Below, piece after piece: positions 57,177-64,000 of a stretch of DNA of 64,000 bases; positions within the stretch are counted from its first letter, which is position 1, and every line of letters begins with the position of its first letter. Below the pieces are notes generated by a model. It saw only the letters and a program-made list of their open reading frames with translations. It was not told the origin of the DNA and ran no database searches. This stretch comes from Nitrospirota bacterium (GTDB lineage: Bacteria > Nitrospirota > Thermodesulfovibrionia > Thermodesulfovibrionales > Dissulfurispiraceae): the NCBI GenBank assembly GCA_963790025.1, contig CAWBMP010000005.1, positions 160,001 to 224,000 of the forward strand. Direction: 5' to 3'. Made by a program: the position numbers and the translations under genes.

Positions 57177-57224
57177 TGGTGCCCCCTGCAAGATTCGAAC
57201 TTGCGGCCCCAGGTTTAAGAAACC
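57177..57224 (-). repeat. Displaced 3' half of tRNA-Arg(CCT): internal att junction
   Basis: 47/48 identical to 60458-60505; IHF consensus sites on both sides (57150-57162, 57285-57297). Confidence 0.93.
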
Positions 57225-57481
57225 ATTATGGCGCTCAAATCAACTCTTTGAAATATTCGTTTTTATTGCCAGAATGTTTAAAATAATCAAGGAGTTATAT
57301 TTTCAGATGAGTTCCTTTGAATTCCTATCAGTTCTTGTCAGTTCACATGAATTCATGAAATAATATTACAGTTATATGACAGTTCTTGGGAGTTTGTCTC
57401 TTGCTTTCCGCCCCTCCTATTGCGAATACAACATCAAAACGGTAAACTAAAACTACGGATATTGAAGTTGGAGGTGCTGGG

Positions 57482-57661
57482 ATGGAAACTTTAAAACAGG
57501 AAGCTATTAAGGCTCTTACGAAATTACCTGATACGGCAAATATTGATGACATAATGTACGAGCTTTATGTTATCGACAAGGTTAAAAAGGGCAGGGAGGC
57601 TGTAGAGCGTGGCGAATCCGTTTCCATCGAAGAGCTGAGAAGAGAAATGCAGACGTGGTAA
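57482..57661 (+). CDS. Antitoxin of a RelE/ParE module (59 aa; not in the ORF track)
   Basis: SD ggaggt; METLKQEAIKALTKLPDTANIDDIMYELYVIDKVKKGREAVERGESVSIEELKREMQTW; overlaps the toxin start. Confidence 0.85.
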   Translation: METLKQEAIKALTKLPDTANIDDIMYELYVIDKVKKGREAVERGESVSIEELRREMQTW

Positions 57662-57960
57662 AGTGGTCAAAGCCTGCTGGGTTTGACTTGAAACAGATTC
57701 ACGACTACATTGCAAGAGATTCAAAATTCTACGCTCAAAAAGTCTCTCTGGAGATCATCGAAAAATCTGAAAAGTTAAATCTATTCCCTGAACTGGGCAG
57801 AATTGTCCCTGAGATAGGAGACCCGAGCATTCGGGAATTGCTCATTTATTCATATCGGCTCGTTTATGAGGTGTTTCCAGATAAGGTTGAAGTCGTCGCC
57901 CTGATCCACAGTAAGCGCAATTTTATAAAAGATTTATTGAATGAACAGAGGAATGAGTAA
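57655..57960 (+). CDS. RelE/ParE-family toxin
   Basis: 'VKWSKPAGFDLKQIHDYIARDS', 'FPELGRIVPE', 'RELLIYSYRLVY', 'IHSKR'. Confidence 0.9.
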   Translation: MVKWSKPAGFDLKQIHDYIARDSKFYAQKVSLEIIEKSEKLNLFPELGRIVPEIGDPSIRELLIYSYRLVYEVFPDKVEVVALIHSKRNFIKDLLNEQRNE

Positions 57961-57980
57961 GATTGATTAGGCACTTCTTT

Positions 57981-58196
57981 TTAGGTGCCTTTTTTATTAG
58001 CATTCTTCTTTCTGTGCAGTTTTGCTGCCTTGCTGATTTCTTCAATGTTTCCCTCCGGCAGTATAGTTTTCCGCCATTTCGTGTAATCAAATTTCTCGCG
58101 GCCTATTAATGCAATATACCTTTCGGCCTCAACAGCGCCCATCGCTTTTATAAGGGCCTTTGTCCCTTCCACCTTTATTTCAGTATCAGTTTTCAT
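57981..58196 (-). CDS. Small antitoxin-like protein (type usually paired with a PIN toxin)
   Basis: 'G.KALIKAMGAVEAERYIALI.RE.FDYTKWR'. Confidence 0.7.
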   Translation of the reverse strand: MKTDTEIKVEGTKALIKAMGAVEAERYIALIGREKFDYTKWRKTILPEGNIEEISKAAKLHRKKNANKKGT

Positions 58197-58239
58197 TTGT
58201 TCTCCAGAGTGCTTATAAACTCAATCGAATTTATTGCTT

Positions 58240-59094
58240 TTATTTTATCAAAAACCCTTCTTTCAATTTTGTTACGTGCCGAAGAATCAAATCAAACTTG
58301 TCACGAAATCCACGAACCTTAACCATATCTATAACTAATCTGTAGCGGGATTCGTCCCCAGTCTCAGCGGCTAAAATTTCCCTAATTGTTCCCGCTGTTT
58401 TTGGGTCGCTTATTTTCGCCATATCCTTCCCGAGTAGCTTTATCCCGGCCAACTGGTTGTCGAAGCCCTCATTCTCCAGTAGCGAGATTTCCTCTCCATA
58501 GAGTCTGGTTTCATTGTCCGCATCTCCGTAGTTATGCATTATAAATAACAAATCCTCAGCATCTTTCGGACGCTCAGGATATCGATCTTTCCAAGAGATA
58601 ATCTTCATAAGTGCCAATCCCCGTAGCGTTGGGATTTTAACGACTAACTCAGGTTCCGAGTTTAATCTGACATATACAGAATATCTATAGGCCTCATCAA
58701 ACCCAAGCATGTTCATGAATATCTCATGCTCTGGAGGCCAGCTAATCTTCTTATCTTTATCAGCAATAGGGCCGAACGGGACAATATCAACGGGGATGCC
58801 ATTGAAGAGAAATCTTTGCTTTTCCTGTGTTACGGAAAACTGCCCTGTTGCAAGCAGCGCTTTTGATAATGCTTCGAACTGATCCCAGTTTGCGATCTCA
58901 ACGCCGAGGTCAATATCACGGGTCGCACGAATAGTTCTTATGCCATAGCAGTAATCGAGAATAAAATCCCTTGCTGCAGCTCCGACCAAAAAAAAAGGAA
59001 TACCCAGGGAGTCGGCAGCCCACTTTACAAGAGAAATGACATCCAGATATGCAGATTCAATCTTCCCTGATAAGTCGAATGATATATTGTTCAT
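58240..59094 (-). CDS. AbiEii/AbiGii-type nucleotidyltransferase toxin (type IV TA)
   Basis: 'FFLVGAAARD', 'RATRDIDL', 'VDIVPFG', 'K...W.DR....KDAEDL'. Confidence 0.9.
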   Translation of the reverse strand: MNNISFDLSGKIESAYLDVISLVKWAADSLGIPFFLVGAAARDFILDYCYGIRTIRATRDIDLGVEIANWDQFEALSKALLATGQFSVTQEKQRFLFNGIPVDIVPFGPIADKDKKISWPPEHEIFMNMLGFDEAYRYSVYVRLNSEPELVVKIPTLRGLALMKIISWKDRYPERPKDAEDLLFIMHNYGDADNETRLYGEEISLLENEGFDNQLAGIKLLGKDMAKISDPKTAGTIREILAAETGDESRYRLVIDMVKVRGFRDKFDLILRHVTKLKEGFLIK

Positions 59095-60091
59095 AGATAA
59101 TCTTTGCTGTTTCAATGTTTCTCTGATTGCCTGTTGCTAGAAGATCGGCATAAACAAGCACAGGATTTACTGTGCCTTCGGGTCGGTCTTCTTTAAAGGC
59201 CCCCCAGAACCTTTGAAGGATTTCCACGTCACCTTCGGCGTCTTTTCTAAGCCTGTTTTCAGCCAGGAATTCATTTAAGTAGCGAGGATCAGTATAAATA
59301 GTGATAATTTGGGGTTTAAGATATTTTGTGAACTTTGCCGCAGCAATTTCACCACCCCATTGGGCATTGTCAGGATTCAGATTTATTTTCTGCATTTGAT
59401 CTAATTGCTCCTGTATTGCCTTGAAACGGCCGAATAGAAGCTTCGGCCTCAATCTTTCCGGATATTCCGTTACCCAGCGCTGTAAGAGTTCATCCTTGCG
59501 GGTCAATTTTAAACCCCTTTTCCCCATATCGAGCAGGTAGCCCAATTCTTTTAATTCTCTCATTATCCAGCCAACTGTTCCGAGGGCTACAGTTGCTTTT
59601 GCGGCAATATCGCGGTATGGCTCTTTTTCGAGGGCTGGATTACACAGAAAGGCATAAAGTACCTGGAGTCCCGTAGGTTTGAAAGCGCGCCCGATTTGGG
59701 GAGGTCTCACGATATCCGGAATCCTATTCCCTTTCACAAAAATATACAAGGGAGGTTGGTTCACGTATGCGTTTCCGGCAGCGTCGATGAATTGTATCCC
59801 TTCCTGTTTTAAGCGGTCCGCCATCCGCTCATTGATATATCCTGCAACTAAGAGGTAGGGATGGTGAACCTCTTTTGTACGCACATGGGCAAGCATTCCC
59901 ACGTGTGCCTCAGTAATATTAATCTTCACGTCAGCAGCAAACAGTAACTTTTTCCCTGGAATATCTATTTGCAGCAGGAAATCAGTGTTCTCTCTTAGCT
60001 GAGGTTGCTGTCCGGCTATTTTGGTTCCCACTTTGAGCGCAACATTCTCTTTGAATGCATGGAGTGCATTCTCAAGAATTGCTTTTTCCAT
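59057..60091 (-). CDS. AbiEi-type antitoxin / transcriptional regulator (type IV TA)
   Basis: 'FIDAAGNAY', HTH 'YRDIAAKATVALGTV', 'WGGEIAA', 'PVLVYADLL...RN.E.A'; overlaps the toxin. Confidence 0.88.
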   Translation of the reverse strand: MEKAILENALHAFKENVALKVGTKIAGQQPQLRENTDFLLQIDIPGKKLLFAADVKINITEAHVGMLAHVRTKEVHHPYLLVAGYINERMADRLKQEGIQFIDAAGNAYVNQPPLYIFVKGNRIPDIVRPPQIGRAFKPTGLQVLYAFLCNPALEKEPYRDIAAKATVALGTVGWIMRELKELGYLLDMGKRGLKLTRKDELLQRWVTEYPERLRPKLLFGRFKAIQEQLDQMQKINLNPDNAQWGGEIAAAKFTKYLKPQIITIYTDPRYLNEFLAENRLRKDAEGDVEILQRFWGAFKEDRPEGTVNPVLVYADLLATGNQRNIETAKIIYEQYIIRLIRED

Positions 60092-60114
60092 GTGGACGTT
60101 TTTATGCATAATGT

Positions 60115-60235
60115 TGTTCACTTTCTAATATAGTTCATTTATAGTGAACATAGCAAAAAAGTGAACGCAATGTCAAGCTTGGTGTTCATTATCACGATTA
60201 GTTCAATAATAGTGAACATTTACAAAATATGAACA
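60115..60235 (-). promoter_or_regulatory. AbiE promoter with two nested-palindrome operators
   Basis: GTTCA at 60116/60133 with TGAAC at 60145/60162; same geometry at 60184/60201/60213/60230; TTGACA (minus strand) at 60171-60176. Confidence 0.8.
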
Positions 60236-60249
60236 ACTTTATTATTTGT

Positions 60250-60392
60250 CACGGTTTGAGGCTGTCCGGGGTATCTCTTGCTACGGTTCAGCTATGGATG
60301 GGTCATTCATCCATAGAGACAACTATAAAACATTATGGTCATTTAGTGAAATCTTTCAGAAAGGAGGAAATCAGGAAGATTGAGGGGAGGAT
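60250..60392 (+). pseudogene. Tyrosine integrase C-terminal fragment
   Basis: 'SGVSLATVQLWMGHSSIETTIKHYGHL' matches box II (LGHxxxxxTxxY). Confidence 0.82.
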
Positions 60393-60457
60393 GGACACCT
60401 GTATGGACACCTTGCTTAAACCGACTCTGAAGAAAGCTCGTAACTTATTGAAAGATT

Positions 60458-60534
60458 TGGTGCCCCCTGCAAGATTCGAACTTGCGGCCCCAGGTTTAGG
60501 AAACCTGTGCTCTATCCTACTGAGCTAAGGGGGC
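60458..60534 (-). tRNA. tRNA-Arg(CCT)
   Basis: GCCCCCTTAGCTCAGTAGGATAGAGCACAGGTTTCCTAAACCTGGGGCCGCAAGTTCGAATCTTGCAGGGGGCACCA folds as a full cloverleaf with CCA end. Confidence 0.97.
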
Positions 60535-60741
60535 TCCTTTAAAATCAATGAGTTACAAGGTTAGGCAACATATTTTAACATAAATTGTCACTAAATCGTC
60601 ACTAAATATTCATTAGAAGACCTGTGCTCTTTCCGCCTGAGCTAAGGGTTGAACCTTAAAAATCAACAACTTGCAACCTGCTGCATTTTATTTTGCCATA
60701 GACCGTCACTAATTCGTCACAAAAAAACCTGTGCTCTATCC
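60501..60741. repeat. Tandem ~110-120-bp units: tRNA 5' half + IHF site + GTCACTAA repeat pair
   Basis: 5'-half copies at 60620-60648 (26/29) and 60725-60741 (17/17); IHF sites 60543-55 and 60661-73; repeat pairs 60586-607 and 60704-725. Confidence 0.85.
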
Positions 60742-60857
60742 GAATGTAAATATGCCTGCAACAAAAAGCAATTGCCAAACTAATAGTGCCTTATGTAATA
60801 TCTTTACCGGTGCAGAACAGCATCTTTACATGCTAAAATAGCGCAGGAGGTTTTACT

Positions 60858-61130
60858 ATGGCGACTACGTTGAAGATGGACAAAGGTGACGCATTGATTG
60901 TGAAGGAGAGTCTTGAGCTTGACAGGAATATCATGAAACTTAGCCTTCTGGAATACAGTAAGAAACTGAAGGACTTTGAAAAAAAGCACAAGATGACCAC
61001 CAAAGCGTTCTTGCAGAAATTCAACTCCGGCACATTGGGAGACGATGGCGAATGGTTTGATTGGCTCTTCGCATCTAAAGCTTGTGAACATGTCAAAGAC
61101 AGGTTGCATAGAATAGCTGCAATAGTCTGA
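60858..61130 (+). CDS. Putative antitoxin
   Basis: SD aggagg; 'LKDFEKKHKMTT..F...F.SG.LGDD..WFDW' pattern; translationally coupled to the next gene. Confidence 0.75.
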   Translation: MATTLKMDKGDALIVKESLELDRNIMKLSLLEYSKKLKDFEKKHKMTTKAFLQKFNSGTLGDDGEWFDWLFASKACEHVKDRLHRIAAIV

Positions 61131-61510
61131 TGATACAGTCTTACTTCAACAGGGTCCGCAACAAGCTCAAAGAAATTTCTCCCCTTATACAAGCCGACAC
61201 TTCAAGCTTTGAGATGGTCTCCGCCGACATGGGCATGCTGAGAGGCAGGATATCCTTTATAGACGGTTCTGTGCTGGATTTCAGAGAGTTGTTGTCAACA
61301 AACGAACACGATTACCGATTCCATTGGATGGATGTCTCGAATAAACTGTTAGTCCGCTGGGACACTGCGCCCCATTATAAAAAATTCGAAAACTTCCCGT
61401 ACCACAGACATCTATCAAGAGGCGTTTCCAGTTCTGAAGAAATGGATTTTATAGCCGTGCTGGACTATATAAAACAGGAAATTGTTTTTAAACGCCTCGG
61501 ACATAAGTAA
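61130..61510 (+). CDS. DUF6516 / TumE-like toxin
   Basis: 'FIDGSVL...E', 'YRFHW', 'RWDTAPH......FPYHRH'. Confidence 0.75.
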   Translation: MIQSYFNRVRNKLKEISPLIQADTSSFEMVSADMGMLRGRISFIDGSVLDFRELLSTNEHDYRFHWMDVSNKLLVRWDTAPHYKKFENFPYHRHLSRGVSSSEEMDFIAVLDYIKQEIVFKRLGHK

Positions 61511-61546
61511 CGCAGCAGCCGGGTGATGTCAGGTTAAATAGACAAC

Positions 61547-61620
61547 TGTCACTAAATCGTCACTAAAACTCAGCTAATAAATGATAACTACTGATAACTT
61601 CTGATAAATACCGATAACTA
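61547..61620. repeat. att-arm-like module: GTCACTAA pair + four 10-bp tandem repeats
   Basis: tgtcactaaat-cgtcactaaaa; atgataacta ctgataactt ctgataaata ccgataacta. Confidence 0.8.
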
Positions 61621-61720
61621 TTTTTCAGGCACAACTCATTCAACTGCAAATAGTAATGTGGTTTACAACATGTGTAGTGGTCTATAATTCTAATAGACCT
61701 GTGTTTTTTGGAAAAAACTT

Positions 61721-62215
61721 ATGAAAGTAATTCAGAGATGTCTCAATAAAGAAATTGTATTTGCCGCGTTGCTGATCTGCTATATGATTATGGCTGCGGC
61801 CGTATGTGCTGCAGATGGTGACGGTATAGTCGGCGTCTGGAACAACGAGGAACGGGACTCCAGGATAGAAATATTCAAATGCGGCAACAAGTATTGCGGA
61901 AAGGTTGTCTGGATGGATGAGCCTGTCTATACGGACAAAGATACGGATGGCAGACCTGGAGAGCCGAGAGTGGACACAAAAAATCCCGATCCGGCGCTCA
62001 GGTCCCGACCGGTACAGGGATTGCAAATCCTCTACGGGTTTACTTTTGCCGGAGGAAACCGCTGGACAGGAGGAAAGGTTTATGATCCCAAGAGCGGCAA
62101 TACTTACAGCGGCAATATGACGCTTGTCACACGTAATCAGCTCCACTTAAGGGGGTATGTAGGCATTTCGTTGTTCGGACGTACTGCTACATGGACGAGG
62201 GCAGGGGGCGAATAG
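61721..62215 (+). CDS. DUF2147 secreted protein
   Basis: 'D.KNPDPALRSRP..GLQIL', 'GKVYDPKSGNTY', 'LRGYVGISLFGRT.TWTR'. Confidence 0.92.
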   Translation: MKVIQRCLNKEIVFAALLICYMIMAAAVCAADGDGIVGVWNNEERDSRIEIFKCGNKYCGKVVWMDEPVYTDKDTDGRPGEPRVDTKNPDPALRSRPVQGLQILYGFTFAGGNRWTGGKVYDPKSGNTYSGNMTLVTRNQLHLRGYVGISLFGRTATWTRAGGE

Positions 62216-62241
62216 TCGGATCGGCGATGGGCCGGGGCCAC

Positions 62242-62883
62242 TCAAGGCAGCACTAGGCCGAATGCCTCCAGGGCTGTGCGCGTGGATTCATATCCGGCGT
62301 GATGAATGCCGTGTATATCAAGGGACTGGGCAACTTCTACAAAAATGGCACGATCGTCTATATAGACCACTTTTGACGGGGGTACTCTCGCAATGTCCAA
62401 AGCCATGCGGTATATATCCACATCCGGTTTTCTGTAATGCACGAAACAGGATGAGAGAAAGATATCGATGAACGTGTCAAGTTCGAATTTGTTGATACGG
62501 TGTATGGTAAGTTCCCTCCCCTCGTTGCTGATAGCAGCTATTTTAAGATTGTAGTGTGTTTTCAACCTGCGTATAAAATCCATCATTTCGGTAAAAGGTT
62601 TGGATTCCCCGAACATGAACGCAGTGAACTCGTTTCTTGTAAAGGTCCGCTCTTTATAGAAGACAACCTGGTATAAATAGTCGTACAGGCTCAGCTTTCC
62701 TTCCTCATAAGTGCCGTAAGTCAGGTGGTGGCGCTCGTTCATTTCTTCATAATCCAGACCGAAAGTCTTTGCAGCTTTCTTGCGTAATACCCGGTCCCAA
62801 CCGTTATTGAGCAGCACCCCGCCTATATCGAGGAATAAAGTTGTTATGGGTGAAGATCGTGTCACGCTTCTAATGTAACACAT
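62242..62883 (-). CDS. HAD-family phosphatase
   Basis: 'LFLDIGGVL', 'ISN', 'RKPDVDIY', 'YIDDR'. Confidence 0.9.
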   Translation of the reverse strand: MCYIRSVTRSSPITTLFLDIGGVLLNNGWDRVLRKKAAKTFGLDYEEMNERHHLTYGTYEEGKLSLYDYLYQVVFYKERTFTRNEFTAFMFGESKPFTEMMDFIRRLKTHYNLKIAAISNEGRELTIHRINKFELDTFIDIFLSSCFVHYRKPDVDIYRMALDIARVPPSKVVYIDDRAIFVEVAQSLDIHGIHHAGYESTRTALEAFGLVLP

Positions 62884-63001
62884 TAAAAGGAAATGTTAAA
62901 GCCCGGTATTTACGGATTGGAGTACTTGGTTGCCCATCTCATTAAAATGTGGTAAGCTTTTTAAGTTAATAATTTCGTCACTGCCGAGGTGAAAGAACTG
63001 C

Positions 63002-63544
63002 ATGGAGCAGAGTAGTCAAATTCCGGAAGAAGGGCCGGCAGAAGCAACCCGCAGGCGTTTTCTCAAATGGCTGATCGGTGTTCTTGCAGCTGTAAATACT
63101 ATGATAGCTGGTATCCCCTTTTTACGCTCATTGATCGGGCAACCTTCGGCTGCGGCACAAAAAAACGAATGGTTGAAGGTGGCCGCTATCGACTCACTGC
63201 CTATTGGTCAGCCGGTAGACAAACGGTTCCTGGCTGAAACCAGAGAGGCGTACCTTCATAATACAGTTTTGCGTTCGGTCTGGGTTATCAGGCATTCTCC
63301 TGAGAACATAACGGTTTTTTCTCCGATGTGCACCCACTTGGGTTGTCACTATTTATGGAACGGGCAGGCAGAAAGGTTCGAATGCCCCTGTCATGCCAGC
63401 GTGTTTGCTCTTGACGGCAGCGTGCTCGGCGGTCCGGCGCCGCGCCCCCTCGATACCCTGAAGACAAAGATTGAAAACGGGGAGCTGCTTGTGATGTGGG
63501 AGGACTTCAAACCAGGGGTTCCCGTAAAAATTCCGGTATTATGA
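63002..63544 (+). CDS. Rieske [2Fe-2S] protein of a cytochrome bc complex
   Basis: Tat motif TRRRFL, TM segment, CTHLGC and CPCH boxes, GPAPRPL. Confidence 0.95.
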   Translation: MEQSSQIPEEGPAEATRRRFLKWLIGVLAAVNTMIAGIPFLRSLIGQPSAAAQKNEWLKVAAIDSLPIGQPVDKRFLAETREAYLHNTVLRSVWVIRHSPENITVFSPMCTHLGCHYLWNGQAERFECPCHASVFALDGSVLGGPAPRPLDTLKTKIENGELLVMWEDFKPGVPVKIPVL

Positions 63545-63563
63545 GCATTAGGAGGAGCAATTC

Positions 63564-64000
63564 GTGATATCACGCGCGATCGGATGGATTAACCAGTGGA
63601 TCAATGAACGGTGGCCTCTCTCCAGTGTGATGCGCCTGACACTCGATGAAGAAATACCGGGCGGCTCCCGTTTTATCTACACCGAAGGCAGCGCCATTTT
63701 TCTTCTCTTTACTCTTCAGGCAGTGACAGGCATCATGCAGATATTTTTCTACGTTCCGACTGTAGACCATGCATACGATAGTCTAAGCTATTTGCGGACC
63801 GAAGTCCCCTTCGGATGGCTGATACACGGCATCCATTACTGGGGCGCCAATCTCATGATTGTGGCTGTGTCCCTGCATATGACGCGTGTTTTCATCTGGG
63901 GAGCTTACAAGAAACCGCGCGAGTTAGTCTGGCTTGCGGGAGTGCTGCTCCTGATTATCACCATGGGATTCAGTTTTACCGGCTCGCCGCTGACCTGGGA
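63564..64000 (+). CDS. Cytochrome b (N-terminal part, runs off the window)
   Basis: SD aggagg + GTG; 'FYVPTVDHAYDS', 'FGWLIHGIHYWGANLM', 'LHMTRVFIWGAYKKPRELVW..G'. Confidence 0.93.
   Translation, partial: MISRAIGWINQWINERWPLSSVMRLTLDEEIPGGSRFIYTEGSAIFLLFTLQAVTGIMQIFFYVPTVDHAYDSLSYLRTEVPFGWLIHGIHYWGANLMIVAVSLHMTRVFIWGAYKKPRELVWLAGVLLLIITMGFSFTGSPLTW

Larger units (their letters stand above)
44462..57224. mobile_element. Genomic island (~12.7 kb) bounded by tRNA-Arg 3'-end duplications; no integrase retained
   Basis: att duplicates at both ends, arm-like repeats at 44590-44840, AT-richer accessory/defence cargo. Confidence 0.8.
57177..60505. mobile_element. tRNA-proximal mini-island (~3.3 kb) with TA cargo and an integrase remnant
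   Basis: Bounded by a tRNA 3' duplicate and the intact tRNA; tyrosine-recombinase C-terminal fragment next to the tRNA. Confidence 0.85.

Noticed and set aside
57130..57363. 77-aa ORF
   Set aside because: It is an antisense reading of the att/tRNA fragment
60229..60528. 99-aa ORF as a functional gene
   Set aside because: It is a chimera of an integrase stub and the antisense tRNA, and lacks most of the catalytic domain
60501..60741. CRISPR array
   Set aside because: The repeats are tRNA halves, the intervening segments resemble each other, and no cas genes are present

Overview
Bacterial chromosomal window. Gene content and order suggest a Nitrospirota/Desulfobacterota-like anaerobe (inference only). 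1-26 kb is mostly core genes: SurA-type PPIase, rluB, aspS, a GGDEF gene divergent from pilMNOPQ (both with sigma-54 promoters), tonB, a Lys/Ala-rich histone-like protein, radical SAM-rng-larE-FeS genes, a TPR protein, a divergent RelA/SpoT-like hypothetical and a second GGDEF. Several intergenic regions hold 6/7-mer-repeat hairpins. 26-27 kb holds decayed toxin-antitoxin genes. 27-44 kb carries mscS, mscL, DUF4197, DUF748, a 2.9-kaa cyclic beta-1,2-glucan synthase and yihY. 44.4-61.7 kb is an integration hotspot built around a tRNA-Arg(CCT) at 60458-60534 (- strand). Two displaced copies of its 3' half delimit tandem islands. Degenerate copies of its 5' half lie on the other side, along with IHF sites, arm-type repeats and an integrase remnant. 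The islands carry a 1673-aa Avs-like NLR with an unusual PNP nucleosidase / TRADD-N-like / STAND architecture, followed by genes bounded by degenerate attC-like sites, plus Fic, RelE/ParE and AbiE. A TumE-like TA module lies on the 5' side of the tRNA. The window ends in DUF2147, a HAD phosphatase and a Rieske/cytochrome b pair. All family calls come from motif recognition by eye; no database searches were run.
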